Position numbers and translations under genes: made by a program
Assembly: GCA_002269645.1 (NCBI GenBank)
Contig: NIVC01000201.1
Span: 682,001-746,000, forward strand
From: Macrostomum lignano
Taxonomy: Eukaryota
Length of the DNA: 64,000 bases
Direction of reading: 5' to 3'
Shown: positions 11,691 to 26,200 of the stretch, piece after piece
Layout: the number at the start of each line of letters is the position of its first letter
Numbering within the stretch: the first letter of the stretch is position 1
The notes under the pieces: model-generated
The model's input: only the letters and a program-made list of their open reading frames with translations
Told to the model about the DNA's origin: nothing
The model's database searches: none

Positions 11691-12142
11691 CACAAGCCTT
11701 AAGTTGGCCGGATTGCTAATGTGAAGTTTCATGGACCTCAGGCTAGATAGAGGCTTCGCGAGCCGCGACTCCTGCTGTAAAGCATACACAGCACACTGCT
11801 GGTTTCTTCTCTATATCAGACATTGCTCTGGCTTGTTCTCGTCGCATAAAGATTATTCAGTCACTGTCGATATCTGCTTTTTAGTTCACTGGCTCTGAGA
11901 ACAACTAGACTCTCTAGTCCAGAGCACCATATGAACAAGCTTTTGAGAAAATTCGAATACTAGCAGGGCACCGCATTGGCAGGAAGACGCGACTCTTCAT
12001 GGCTTTTCTGTTTTTCACTTTCTCATTGGAGTGATTTTTTTATAACTTTAGCTGCTCTGTGCTCTTAGAAGACTCGAAATTGAGTACGAAATGACCTGGT
12101 TTGATTCCTACGACACTCGGAAATATACAAAAAATCAAGACA

Positions 12143-12950
12143 CAAGTATGCATGTCAGTCAGGGGGCCGTAGCCTAGTGATCTGATGACACATGTATGCA
12201 TGTCAGTCAGGGGCCGTAGCCTAGTGATCTGATGACACATGTATGCATGTCAGTCAGGGGGCCGTAGCCTAGTGATCTGATGACACATGTATGCATGTCA
12301 GTCAGGGGGCCGTAGCCGAGTGATCTGATGACACATGTATGCATGTCAGTCAGGGGGCCGTAGCCGAGTGATCTGATGACACATGTATGCATGTCAGTCA
12401 GGGGGCCGTAGCCTAGTGATCTGATGACACATGTATGCATGTCAGTCAGGGGCCGTAGCCTAGTGATCTGATGACACATGTATGCATGTCAGTCAGGGGG
12501 CCGTAGCCTAGTGATCTGATGACACATGTATGCATGTCAGTCAGGGGGCCGTAGCCGAGTGATCTGATGACACATGTATGCATGTCAGTCAGGGGGCCGT
12601 AGCCGAGTGATCTGATGACACATGTATGCATGTCAGTCAGGGGGCCGTAGCCTAGTGATCTGATGACACATGTATGCATGTCAGTCAGGGGGCCGTAGCC
12701 GAGTGATCTGATGACACATGTATGCATGTCAGTCAGGGGGCCGTAGCCGAGTGATCTGATGACACATGTATGCATGTCAGTCAGGGGGCCGTAGCCGAGT
12801 GATCTGATGACACATGTATGCATGTCAGTCAGGGGGCCGTAGCCTAGTGATCTGATGACACATGTATGCATGTCAGTCAGAGGCCGTAGCCTAGTGATCT
12901 GATGACACATGTATGCATGTTAGTCAGGGGCCGTAGCCGAGTGATCTGAT
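12143..12950. repeat. 48-bp tandem repeat (~17 units)
   Basis: ACACATGTATGCATGTCAGTCAGGGGGCCGTAGCC(T/G)AGTGATCTGATG, with 47-bp variants. Confidence 0.95.
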
Positions 12951-13747
12951 GTGCCAACGGCCCAGGCTCGATTCAAATTGCAGTCACATTAATTTGGGGC
13001 TAAACTGGAATCTCGGCTTGGCTCTGCTCGTGCAATTAACGCCGTTGAAGGCCAACCCCCAAGGCACAGTGAAGTGCACATGCCTTGACCATAAATAAAG
13101 TTAGGGCCGCTGTGCACTCCTGTGTGAGTGTGTGCCTGTGCGTATGACTTGCGTGACAATGTCGCTTTAAGTGGTCAAGGGTGCACACAGCCCCTTGCTT
13201 CTAAAAAAATAATGAATGTTAGACAAGTGTTGGACTTGCATTTTGCATTTCCTTGCATTGCTCTACACCTTGTTCTGCCTCTGATTCCAGTCCAGTTGCA
13301 ATGCTAAAAAAGTCCCTGGGCCGCTGCATTGTTCAAAGTCCATTCATCTGCACGAAAAGGGTTGATTAAAGCAGTCAGACTTTGCCGCAACAATGGAAGA
13401 AGTGGCATGCAGCAGCTATTGTCTCACTGATTCCGGCTTGTAGGATGAGAACTCGTCCCTTTCAAGGGACACTGGATGGAGCTGAAAAGTCTCGATGGGG
13501 CCTAAATGGGTCTCCTAATGGTTTGCCATTACGCGTACAATAAAAGGTTGGAAAGTCGCCAACAATGCATGGATTGTTTGATACTTTTCGATTCAGGTGG
13601 ACTTTTTATGCGTTATCTATAGCAGAGAAACATTTCTCCCCATACTACTGTTGACGGAGTAGTAGCACATGGAAGTTAATCTCAGTGAACAAGAGGCAAA
13701 AAACGCACGTATTTGTTGAAATTCACTGCTTGAATTGGCCGAGGGTG

Positions 13748-13820
13748 AGGGTTGTAGCCTAGTGGTAAGAGCGTCGGACTCGCGACTGAAAGGTCTAGGG
13801 TTCGATTCTCGATCCACTCG
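13748..13820 (+). other. tRNA-derived sequence (SINE head or tRNA pseudogene)
   Basis: A-box-like TAGCCTAGTGGTAA and B-box-like GGTTCGATTC at tRNA spacing; stems are mismatched, so it is not a functional tRNA. Confidence 0.55.
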
Positions 13821-14090
13821 GAACAATTGTGACACTGTCGCAAGGCTTGAGCGCAGAGAAGGACCGCGCCGCAGGCAGGATCTCTGGGGCTCCGGCGTTA
13901 GCCAGCAGACAGTCGACGAAAAACTCCAGTGCGTGCCTGTCCTTGCCGGTTGGATGTCCACAACGTCAGCCGCGGCATCTCCTGCGCCAGCTGCAGGCAG
14001 GATTTTGAAGTGGCTTGCTAGATGGAGTCGCGGACGGGAAAGAGAGCTGCTTTAAAACAACCAGCTTCGATTCTGTGCACGGCTTTAATA

Positions 14091-14509
14091 TAGTATTTGT
14101 CATGCTATCTCAGCCTAGAGACATCCAAACTCAGCCAGCCCATCTCGACAGTGCGATTTTTTACGTAAGCCAGTCAAGTTTTACCATAGACATGCTTCTT
14201 AAGGCCATGCTATCTCAGCCTGGGACATGCAATCTCAGCGTTGTTGCGTACCCTTACTGACTTTTCTTGCTGCGTTCATTCATTGCTGTTTGTTGCCATT
14301 TCATGTCACGTTACAGAAATGATAGCATTGAGATCTGTTTGCAATTGAAATCTATATTGGCTGAGATTGCATGTCCCAGGCTGAGTCAGCACGGCCCCAA
14401 GAAGCATGTCTATGGTAAAAGTCGACTAGCTCGAGCCAAAAAAACGCATTGCGGAATGGGACTGGCTGAGTTTGGATGTCTCTAGGCTGAGATAGCATGA
14501 CAAATACTA
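14091..14509. mobile_element. MITE-like element with long diverged TIRs and TA flanks
   Basis: TA|TAGTATTTGTCATGCTATCTCAGCCTAGAGACATCCAAACTCAGCCAG...CTGGCTGAGTTTGGATGTCTCTAGGCTGAGATAGCATGACAAATACTA|TA; inner arms also pair (14180-14240 with 14357-14425). Confidence 0.85.
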
Positions 14510-14942
14510 TACTTGTCGTGCGATTCACGTCCATGAAGGCCAGCCCCCGAAGTACTTTGCGAATATGCTTGACGATGAGAGAAATTCAGGGCCGCTGTAC
14601 ACCCTCTTTGAGTGCGTGGCTGCGAGTCCGCTGTCGCTTTGACTCGCAGCGCCACAGCCCCCTTCCCCAGTTCGAGTCCGTCCGGTTGGGGTTCGGATGA
14701 ATTCAGTGAAAGTTTCGGACAATGGTGAAAATTCAGAGGCAGCTGTCGCTATTCAAAGTAGCGCTTTCAGGAGAGAACAATGGTAGCCGAGGCAAGGAAG
14801 TTGCTTTGTAATTCCTGATCTGCTAAAGCTAGGAAGTTTAAATCGTGAAAAAATGCCCCACCGCATCATTGATCCGTTCTGAGCAGCAGTGCTCTGGGAG
14901 CATTACTGATTATCTTACTGATTGCTTTATTGATTGTCAGGC

Positions 14943-15099
14943 TCACGGCTTCACCCAGACCCACTGGGCCTCGCTGGCGATGTCGCTGGGCACGGCGGCG
15001 AATCTCATGAGCCGGCAACTCCGGCTGGACTGCACGAAGGCGCAGGCGCAGGTAGCCCTGCACCAGCAGCTGCAGGAGGGCCTGAGCGGAACGGAACAT
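14943..15099 (-). pseudogene. Internally deleted copy of the WSC-PAN gene
   Basis: 5' part matches 9997-9948 (MFR.xQALLQLLVQGYL) and is fused directly to sequence matching 9331-9232; the WSC domain and intron are absent and the PAN tail is out of frame. Confidence 0.9.
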
Positions 15100-15601
15100 T
15101 TGACACAGTTGACGGCCAATCAATCAGGTAATTCTTGTCACCTGTTACGTCTTTTATCTCAGTCTAAATCTCCCACCTCACTTGTATTATTGGCCTTGTC
15201 AGATGTTGGCAACAGGTGCAAATTTTGCCAAGAGTTATTTGCTGAGAGATGCGGTGAGAGGCAGGCCATGGTGCTGTGAACTCCGCAGGAACATTGATAG
15301 CACTACCATTGATGAGTGTCACACCTGAGAACAGATCGATCAATACAGGTGTTCCTTCCAGGTCAGCTGGTTTTCTCACATTGAGTTGAATCCAGCGTCA
15401 GAGCTGCATCTCTTTCCTTAAGGAGCGCTTATTCAGCCTTGCAAAGCAACTGCCGCTCACTGAAGTGTCTCCAAAAGCTAAATTTCGTTATGCGAATGCT
15501 GAGTATTTTGCTGAGTAAACAGTGGGTAGCGGCTGGTTGAAATACGAGCGTTGCATGAGGTTTTCTACTTCACATTGTACAATGATGGGAGCTCTGGTGG
15601 C

Positions 15602-16252
<651 letters not shown>

Positions 16253-16655
16253 ATAAGTATTATTGCAGTGGCTGAAAAACCCAAATGACATACAGATAAA
16301 CTATCAGGGCAGTGGGCTCAATCATTTGAAATTTCTGCCCCTCCCCCAGAGGACGCAGCTCCCATTGCAGTGAGGCTGGGCTTGCATGTGGGGCCGGCAT
16401 TGCAGTTTTCAGGGGCAGCAGCGGGCAGCCAGCACGTCAAACTTATTTTGGGTGTTGAGGCTCAGCGCTGGGGCTGCGTGGAAATTAAAATTCAGGTTGC
16501 CTGGGTAACTGGGATGCTCCCACTAGGCAGAGGGGATGTGGGCAGAAGCCACCCAGCCAGCCAGCATTCATAACTGAGAAGCAAAATCCATATAGCAGCT
16601 GGTAGGCTGTTTCAATCGGAGCAACCTGCAAAAGAGGCTGATTATTTCTAAAATT

Positions 16656-17868
16656 ATGGAAGCTAAATTGACAGATTTGGCGGCTCTGCTTTTTCTGTTG
16701 AATTTCTTGACCGGCGCAGACGGAGAGCTGCTCGAAATGCTGCACGAAGTTCACAGCAGCAGCTGGGCTGGCGATCGGGTTCACCAGTTCCACATTTCCG
16801 GCACTGCACAGGCCGGCGGCGAGCTGCAGTGCGCGGTGCTGGCCGCCAAGAGGCTGCACCCTGACTTGTTTCTGGTCTTCATCAAAGCTCATGGTGCGGA
16901 ACGGTCGCAGTGCATTCTGGGTGAGTGCAACCACTGATGCATGCACTAGCTGCTCGGTATTTCATTCCAATCCCCCCTCGCAATCTTCATCTCCATCTCG
17001 CATCGCTGCACTTCAGCCAGTCGCAGTGGCGCGGTGTGTCGCCGCCTGATACCACCGACTGAGGCGTCTCCGTGCTGCACCAGGGTGATTGACCACTGCA
17101 GTTCTCTGCGTAACCTTTGTCCCTGTGCTGTGAGATGGCCAGCTGCTAACTGCGACCCCCACCCGATGTTGCAGGTGTTTGTGACGTCGCTCAGCGGCTG
17201 TCTCATCAGCGTTCAGCGCCGAGTCGACGACTCGACCAGATTTGATCGCAGCTGGGCCGAATACGCAGCCGGCTTCGGTCCGGGGCCGCACAGCAACCAC
17301 TGGATCGGTGAGGCTGCAATTTCCGCATGCATTCGAGTCAGTGTGTACCGTAGTATGCATATACAGTGTTTACCGTGTGTACCGTACCGTGTATACAGTG
17401 TGTACCGTACCGTATGTCACAGTTGCGCTTGCTCAATTGACAGGTCTGAGAAGCCTCAACTCCCTCACGTGGCCTTCTGGTCGGCAGCTGCTCATTCGGA
17501 TGAGGCTGTGGAACGACACGGAGTACTGGGCGAACTACAGCTCCTTCTCTGTGGACAGCGAGGACAACAAGTTTCAAGCCAGCATCAGCGGCTTCAGCGG
17601 CAGTTCAGGACTCGGAGACTGCATGGCTATCTGCAGCGGCATGAAGTTCAGCACCTTTGATTCGGACAACGACATTTTTCCAGGGAGCTGCAGTGCCTCG
17701 TTCAAGGGAGGCTGGTGGTACGGTTTGTGTCACTGCACCAACCCGAACGGACTGTACTTTTATCCGCCCACTGCTCTCAATACTACTGACTATGCCAAGA
17801 GCGTCTGCTGGAGCAATCCGTTTGGTTACTACTATTCGATGAAGGAGTTCGAGATGCTGGTCCTTTGA
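16656..17868 (+). CDS. Secreted fibrinogen C-terminal-domain protein (FReD), 326 aa, 3 exons (16656-16920, 17017-17307, 17444-17868)
   Basis: Signal peptide; FBG motifs VQRRVDDSTRFDRSWAEYAAGFG, HWIGL, FSTFDSDND, CSASFKGGWWY..C...NPNGLY; both introns are GT-AG, phase 1, and keep frame. Confidence 0.92.
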
Positions 17869-18529
17869 GAACGAAAAAGTTTTTAGCATAGACTAAAAAC
17901 CAAACGGCCGAAGGCTGCCTTTCCTGACTTGCGTTCCAATGAGCTACAGAAACATCGAATGCAAACCAGATTTCGAACTGAACTATTAAATATCCTTCAT
18001 TTTGAGGCGCTATTCGTGAAAAAGAATTTATAAACTTTAAGTAAGTATATTTGATTCGAAGCAAATTTTACTTCTCTAATGGTGGAATCAGCATACTCTG
18101 AGTTGCATCTTGAACTTCAGTAAGATTATCTTACTTCCTCTTTTTACTACCAAGACGTTTTCAACCATCTGAAATTGGCCCTGACAAAATGACAAGAAGG
18201 GGTCAGAGGGTCAGGGGTCATTCCTTCATTTAAAGTGACGGCTCATGGAATCGAACCCATAGGCATCAAGGATGTACAGTGAATTTTCGACTGCATCGGT
18301 TGCTGTGCTTGTTGTGACTCATGACCACGGCATTTCCTAGCCTGTCATTGCTAAGAAAAATTTGTTACAGAGTACTCGTAAACATAATCCATTAGAATGA
18401 TTTGAAATGCTGAAACACGATAAGAATAATCGAATATAGATCATCGATATAAGGGCAATCTGATTGGGTCTGCCAGTCGACATTAAAAATCGATATAAGT
18501 CAGCAGACTGCCGATAGCAAGCGAGCCGG

Positions 18530-19810
18530 TCAGTCCACCCGGAGCACCATCACCCCAGCTGACTGCGGCCGCCTGACCCAGCGCCGTCGACCTTTGGTGT
18601 CAGCAGCCGCCGCGGAATCCTTTGACGCATCCGCCTCCGAGCTGTTCAGCGCTGCTGTTGCCCCCGTTGACGAATAATTCGCTGCTGCTGCCGCCGCCGT
18701 CTGCGGCCGACGCTGGCGCAGCGGCACGGAGGTCAGGCCCAGCCAGTCGGACTTCTTGGCCTCCAGAATTCGCTGCCGCTCCGAGGCTGTCAGCGGCGCC
18801 GAGCCCGACGCTCCGGCCGACGTGCTACCCGGTGGAGGCGCCTTCGCGGCTGGTGCCGTCTCGGTCACCGAGTTGTCGGGCTCGACATCCGAACCGGCGT
18901 CGCTGGGATCGGCGGCGGCGGCTGTTCGGCGGGCGGACTTCCGGTACAGGCGCGGGTTGAGGTGGTCCGGGATCAGGCTGACCTGGAGGGGGGCGGGTTC
19001 AGGTGGTCCGGGATCAGGCTGACCTGGAGGGGGGAGGCCGGATGGCGTCTGGTTTTGAATTGCTTTTGCATACACAAAATTTTCCATTTACCATGAAGCT
19101 TAAACTTCAGAAATTCGAGCTTGTGACGTTTCTATCGAGCTTGTGAAGTTTCTATCGAGCTTGTGAAGTTTTTATTGAGCTTGTGAAGTTTCTATCGAGT
19201 TTGTGAAGTTTCAATCGAGCTTGTGAAGTTTCTATCGAGCTTGTGAAGTTTCCATCGAGTTTGTGAAGTTTCCATCGAGTTTGTGAAGTTTCCATTGAGC
19301 TTGTGAAGTTTCTATCGAGCTTGTGAAGTTTCTATCGAGCTTGTGAAGTTTCAATCGAGCTTGTGAAGTTTCGAGCTAGTGCAGCACACACACCCAATTT
19401 TCATGGGTGTGTGAGTACCGGACACCCCAGCCCAACATAATTTTTTTTCCAATGTTTTCCTCAATAAGTTTCTTCCTGACTGGGTTCAATCTAAAAATGT
19501 AACACGTCAAAACCATGAAAAGTGATTAGCAACACCTGCCTAGCATTACCTGAGTCACGTGACGCCTTCTAAACCAGTCGTCCACCTCCGGACTCAACGG
19601 CGAGTCCAAAATCCGCGCCAAGTCCACCAGCAGGTCGCGCTCGCGCCGTTCTGTCTCCCGGCGCCAGGTGGCGCGGTCCCGCTCGGCGCGGCCCTGCTGC
19701 CTGGACAGCGCCAATTGCAACTTCAGGTTCTGGTCGCGGGCGCGGCCCTCAGCCGAGGAGGCGCCCGCCCCGGCGGTGCGCGGCCGGGCCATCTGGCGGC
19801 GTCGCTGCAT
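18530..19810 (-). CDS. Uncharacterised protein with N-terminal coiled-coil and low-complexity tail, 2 exons (19810-19550, 18982-18530)
   Basis: Phase-0 join CAG|GTAATG...CTCCAG|GTC gives FRRRHVTQ-VSLIPDHLNPRLY; GC3-rich codons; start codon uncertain. Confidence 0.65.
19117..19375. repeat. 20-bp intronic minisatellite (TCGAGCTTGTGAAGTTTCTA)n
   Basis: ~13 units. Confidence 0.95.
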
Positions 19811-20262
19811 GTCTTTTCGGACCGGAATTGTTGACCGAATCTGAGAAAATTGGCATCAAGCGCTATCCAAACCCCTTCCCCCGGTTTATTTATAGACAAA
19901 CTCGCAGTCTGTTTATGAGCTCTGCGACGGCCAATAAAATTCATGCAACTCTATGGGGTGGTGGTGGAATTGCGGTGGAACAGTTGCGAGTGCGAGATCT
20001 GCAGTCCGAGTGAGCAAATGTAGCGGCAGCCTTTTGAATGCAAAATGCCCGCTGCAACAGTTGCCTTGCAGAACAATATGAGGGTCAGGTAGCTTTGGCT
20101 TAGGCTTGGCTGGCTGTGGTTTACGATGGATAATGAGTGCAGCTCATGAAGGATCGCGGCCTGCACTTTATACAAGTATTCGAGAATAGGATTAAGGATT
20201 TTTTTATGATCTGTGACCATAGGGCTCGGTGCTTAACTAATTTTTGAAACATTTTATGATAG

Positions 20263-23200
20263 ATCATGAGGCTAGTTTATGATAGATCATGGGGGTAGTT
20301 TATTACAGATCATGCGGGTAGTTTATGATAGATCATGGGGGTAGTTTATGATAGACCATGGGGTTAGTTTATGATAGATCATGGGGGTAGTTTATGATAG
20401 ATCATGGGGGTAGTTTATGACAGATCATGCGGGTAGTTTATGATAGACCATGGGGCTAGTTTATGATAGATCATGGGCGTAGTTTATGATAGACCATGGG
20501 GTTAGTTTATGATAGATCATGGGGGTAGTTTATGATAGATCATGGGGGTAGTTTATGATAGATCATGGGGGTAGTTTATGACAGATCATGGGGGTAGTTT
20601 ATGATAGATCATGGGGGTAATTTATGACAGATCATGGGGGTAGTTTATGATAGATCATGGGCGTAGTTTATGATAGACCATGGGGTTAGTTTATGATAGA
20701 TCATGGGGGTAGTTTATGATAGATCATGGGGGTAGTTTATGATAGATCATGGGGGTAGTTTATGATAGATCACAGGGGTAGTTTATGACAGATCATGGGG
20801 GTAGTTTATGATAGATCATGGGGGTAGTTTATGATAGATCATGGGGGTAATTTATGACAGATCATGCGGGTAGTTTATGATAGACCATGGGGCTAGTTTA
20901 TGATAGATCATGGGCGTAGTTTATGATAGACCATGGGGTTAGTTTATGATAGATCATGGGGGTAGTTTATGATAGATCATGGGGGTAGTTTATGATAGAT
21001 CATGGGGGTAGTTTATGACAGATCATGGGGGTAGTTTATGATAGATCATGGGGGTAGTTTATGACAGATCATGGGGGTAGTTTATGATAGATCATGGGCG
21101 TAGTTTATGATAGACCATGGGGCTAGTTTATGATAGATCATGGGCGTAGTTTATGATAGACCATGGGGTTAGTTTATTATAGATCATGGGGGTAGTTTAT
21201 GATAGATCATGGGGGTAGTTTATGACAGATCATGCGGGTAGTTTATGATAGACCATGGGGCTAGTTTATGATAGATCATGGGCGTAGTTTATGATAGACC
21301 ATGGGGTTAGTTTATGATAGATCATGGGGGTAGTTTATGATAGATCATGGGGGTAGTTTATGATAGATCATGGGGGTAATTTATGACAGATCATGGGGTA
21401 GTTTATTACAGATCATGCGGGTAGTTTATGATAGATCATGGGGGTAGTTTATGATAGACCATGGGGCTAGTTTATGATAGATCATGGGCGTAGTTTATGA
21501 TAGACCATGGGGTTAGTTTATGATAGATCATGGGGGTAGTTTATGATAGATCATGGGGGTAGTTTATGACTGATCATGGGGGTAGTTTATGATAGATCAT
21601 GGGGGGTAGTTTATTACAGATCATGTGGGTAGTTTATGATAGACCATGGGGTTAGTTTATGATAGATCATGGGGGTAGTTTATGATAGATCATGGGGGTA
21701 GTTTATGACAGATCATGGGGGTAGGTTATGATAGATCATGGGGGGTAGTTTATTACAGATCATGCGGGTAGTTTATGATAGACCATGGGGTTAGTTTATG
21801 ATAGATCATGGGGGTAGTTTATGATAGATCATGGGGGTAGTTTATGATAGATCATGTGGGTAGTTTATGATAGATCATGGGGGTAGTTTATGATAGATCA
21901 TGGGGGTAGTTTATGACAGATCATGGGGGTAGTTTATTACAGATCATGCGGGTAGTTTATGATAGATCATGGGGGTAGTTTATGATAGACCATGGGGCTA
22001 GTTTATGATAGATCATGGGCGTAGTTTATGATAGACCATGGGGTTAGTTTATGATAGATCATGGGGATAGTTTATGATAGATCATGGGGGTAGTTTATGA
22101 TAGATCATGGGGGGTAGTTTATTACAGATCATGTGGTAGTTTATGATAGACCATGGGGTTAGTTTATGATAGATCATGGGGTAGTTTATGATAGATCATG
22201 GGGTAGTTTATGACAGATCATGGGGTAGTTATGATAGATCATGGGGGTAGTTTATTACAGATCATGCGGGTAGTTTATGATAGACCATGGGGTTAGTTTA
22301 TGATAGATCATGGGGTAGTTTATGATAGATCATGGGGGTAGTTTATGATAGATCATGTGGGTAGTTTATGATAGATCATGGGGGTAGTTTATGATAGATC
22401 ATGGGGGTAGTTTATGACAGATCATGGGGGTAGTTTATGATAGATCATGGGAGTAGTTTATGATAGATCATGGAGTAGTTTATGATAGATCATGGGGTAG
22501 TTTATGATAGATCATGGGGGTAGTTTATGATAGATCATGGGGGTAGTTTATGATAGATCATGGGGGTAGTTTATGATAGATCATGGGGGTAGTTTATGAC
22601 AGATCATGGGGGTAGTTTATGATAGATCATGGGGGTAATTTATGACAGATCATGGGGGTAGTTTATGATAGATCATGGGCGTAGTTTATGATAGACCATG
22701 GGGTTAGTTTATGATAGATCATGGGGGTAGTTTATGATAGATCATGTGGGTAGTTTATGATAGATCATGGGGTAGTTTATGATAGATCATGGGGTAATTT
22801 ATGACAGATCATGGGGGGTAGTTTATTACAGATCATGCGGGTAGTTTATGATAGACCATGGGGCTAGTTTATGATAGATCATGGGCGTAGTTGATGATAG
22901 ACCATGGGGTTAGTTTATTATAGATCATGGGGGTAGTTTATGATAGATCATGGGGGTAGTTTATGACAGATCATGCGGGTAGTTTATGATAGACCATGGG
23001 GCTAGTTTATGATAGATCATGGGCGTAGTTTATGATAGACATGGGGTTAGTTTATGATAGATCATGGGGTAGTTTATGATAGATCATGGGGGTAGTTTAT
23101 GATAAATCATGGGGGTAGTTTATGACAGATTATGGGGGTAGTTTATGATAGATCATGGGGGGTAGTTTATTACAGATCATGTGGGTAGTTTATGATAGAC

Positions 23201-26200
23201 CATGGGGTTAGTTTATGATAGATCATGGGGGTAGTTTATGATAGATCATGGGGGTAGTTTATGACAGATCATGGGGGTAGTTTATGATAGATCATGGGGG
23301 TAATTTATGACAGATCATGGGGGTAGTTTATTACAGATCATGCGGGTAGTTTATGATAGATCATGGGGGTAGTTTATGATAGATCATGGGGCTAGTTTAT
23401 GATAGATCATGGGCGTAGTTTATGATAGACCATGGGGTTAGTTTATGATAGATCATGGGGGTAGTTTATGATAGATCATGGGGGTAGTTTATGATAGATC
23501 ATGGGGGTAGTTTATGATAGATCATGGGGTAGTTTATGATAGATCATGGGGTAGTTTATGACAGATCATGGGGGTAGTTTATGATAGATCATGGGGGTAA
23601 TTTATGACAGATCATGGGGGGTAGTTTATTACGGATCATGCGGGTAGTTTATGATAGATAATGGGGGTAGTTTATGATAGATCATGGGCGTAGTTTATGA
23701 TAGATCATGGGGGTAGTTTATGATAGATCATGGGGGTAGTTTATGATAGATCATGTGGGTAGTTTATGATAGATCATTGGGGTAGTTTATGACAGATCAT
23801 GGGGGTAGTTTATGATAGATCATGGGGGTAATTTATGACAGATCATGGGGGTAGTTTATTACAGATCATGCGGGTAGTTTATGATAGACCATGGGGCTAG
23901 TTTATGATAGATCATGGGGTAGTTTATGATAGATCATGGGGTAGTTTATGACAGATCATGGGGTAGTTATGATAGATCATGGGGGTAGTTTATTACAGAT
24001 CATGCGGGTAGTTTATGATAGACCATGGGGTTATTTTATGATAGATCATGGGGGTAGTTTATGATAGATCATGGGGGTAGTTTATGATAGATCATGTGGG
24101 TAGTTTATGATAGATCATGGGGGTAGTTTATGATAGATCATGGGGGTAGTTTATGACAGATCATGGGGGTAGTTTATGATAGATCGTGGGAGTAGTTTAT
24201 GATAGATCATGGAGTAGTTTATGATAGATCATGGGGGTAGTTTATGATAGATCATGGGGGTAGTTTATGATAGATCATGGGGGTAGTTTATGATAGATCA
24301 TGGGGGTAGTTTATGATAGATCATGGTGGTAGTTTATGATAGATCATGGGGGTAGTTTATGATAGATCATGGGGTTAGTTTATGATAGATCATGGGGGTA
24401 GTTTATGATAGATCATGGGGGTAGTTTATGACAGATCATGGGGGTAGGTTATGATAGATCATGGGGGTAGTTTATGATAGATCATGGGGGTAGTTTATGA
24501 TAGATCATGGGGGGTAGTTTATTACAGATCATGTGGGTAGTTTTTGATAGACCATGGGGTTAGTTTATGATAGATCATGGGGGTAGTTTATGATAGACCA
24601 TGGGGCTAGTTTATGATAGATCATGGGCGTAGTTTATGATAGACCATGGGGTTAGTTTATGATAGATCATGGGGGTAGTTTATGATAGATCATGGGGGTA
24701 GTTTATGATAGATCATGGGGGTAGTTTATGATAGATCATGGGGGTAGTTTATTACAGATCATGTGGGTAGTTTATGATAGACCATGGGGTTAGTTTATGA
24801 TAGATCATGGGGGTAGTTTATGACAGATCATGGGGGTAGGTTATGATAGATCATGGGGGGTAGTTTATGATAGATCATGGGGGTAGTTTATGATAGATCA
24901 TGGGGTAGTTTATGATAGATCATGGGGGTAGGTTATGATAGATCATGGGGGGTAGTTTATGATAGATCATGGGGGTAGTTTATGATAGATCATGGGGGTA
25001 GTTTATGATAGATCATGGGGGTAGTTTATGATAGATCATGGGGTAGTTTATGACAGATCATGGGGTAGTTTATGATAGATCATGGGGGTAATTTATGACA
25101 GATCATGGGGGTAGTTTATTACAGATCATGCGGGTAGTTTATGATAGACCATGGGGCTAGTTTATGATAGATCATGGGCGTAGTTTATGATAGATCATGG
25201 GGGTAGTTTATGATAGATCATGGGGGTAGTTTATGATAGATCATGTGGGTAGTTTATGATAGATCATTGGGGTAGTTTATGACAGATCATGGGGGTAGTT
25301 TATGATAGATCATGGGGGTAATTTATGACAGATCATGGGGGTAGTTTATTACAGATCATGCGGGTAGTTTATGATAGACCATGGGGCTAGTTTATGATAG
25401 ATCATGGGCGTAGTTTATGATAGACCATGGGGTTAGTTTATGATAGATCATGGGGGTAGTTTATGATAGATCATGGGGGTAGTTTATGACAGATCATGGG
25501 GGTAGGTTATGATAGATCATGGGGGGTAGTTTATTACAGATCATGCGGGTAGTTTATGATAGACCATGGGGTTAGTTTATGATAGATCATGGGGTAGTTT
25601 ATGATAGATCATGGGGTAGTTTATGATAGATCATGTGGGTAGTTTATGATAGATCATGGGGTAGTTTATGATAGATCATGGGGGTAGTTTATGACAGATC
25701 ATGGGGGTAGTTTATGATAGATCATGGGAGTAGTTTATGATAGATCATGGAGTAGTTTATGATAGATCATGGGGGTAGTTTATGATAGACCATGGGGCTA
25801 GTTTATGATAGATCATGGGCGTAGTTTATGATAGACCATGGGGTTAGTTTATGATAGATCATAGGGGTAGTTTATGATAGATCATGTGGGTAGTTTATGA
25901 TAGATCATGGGGGTAGTTTATGATAGATCATGAGGGTAGTTTATGATAGATCATGGGGTTAGTTTATGATAGATCATGGGGGTAGTTTATGATAGATCAT
26001 TGGGGTAGTTTATGACAGATCATGGGGGTAGTTTATGATAGATCATGGAGTAGTTTATGATAGATCATGGGGGTAGTTTATGATAGATCATGGGGGTAAT
26101 TTATGACAGATCATGGGGGTAGTTTATGATAGATCATGGGCGTAGTTTATGATAGATCATGGGGTTAGTTTATGATAGATCATGGGGGTAGTTTATGATA

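Noticed and set aside
12143-12950. Regular arrays (48, 46, 60, 103 bp) as CRISPR
   Set aside because: No unique spacers and no cas genes; these are plain tandem repeats in a eukaryotic context.
12180-12950. CTGATGA followed by a hairpin in the 48-bp unit as a hammerhead ribozyme
   Set aside because: No GAAA core or closing helices.
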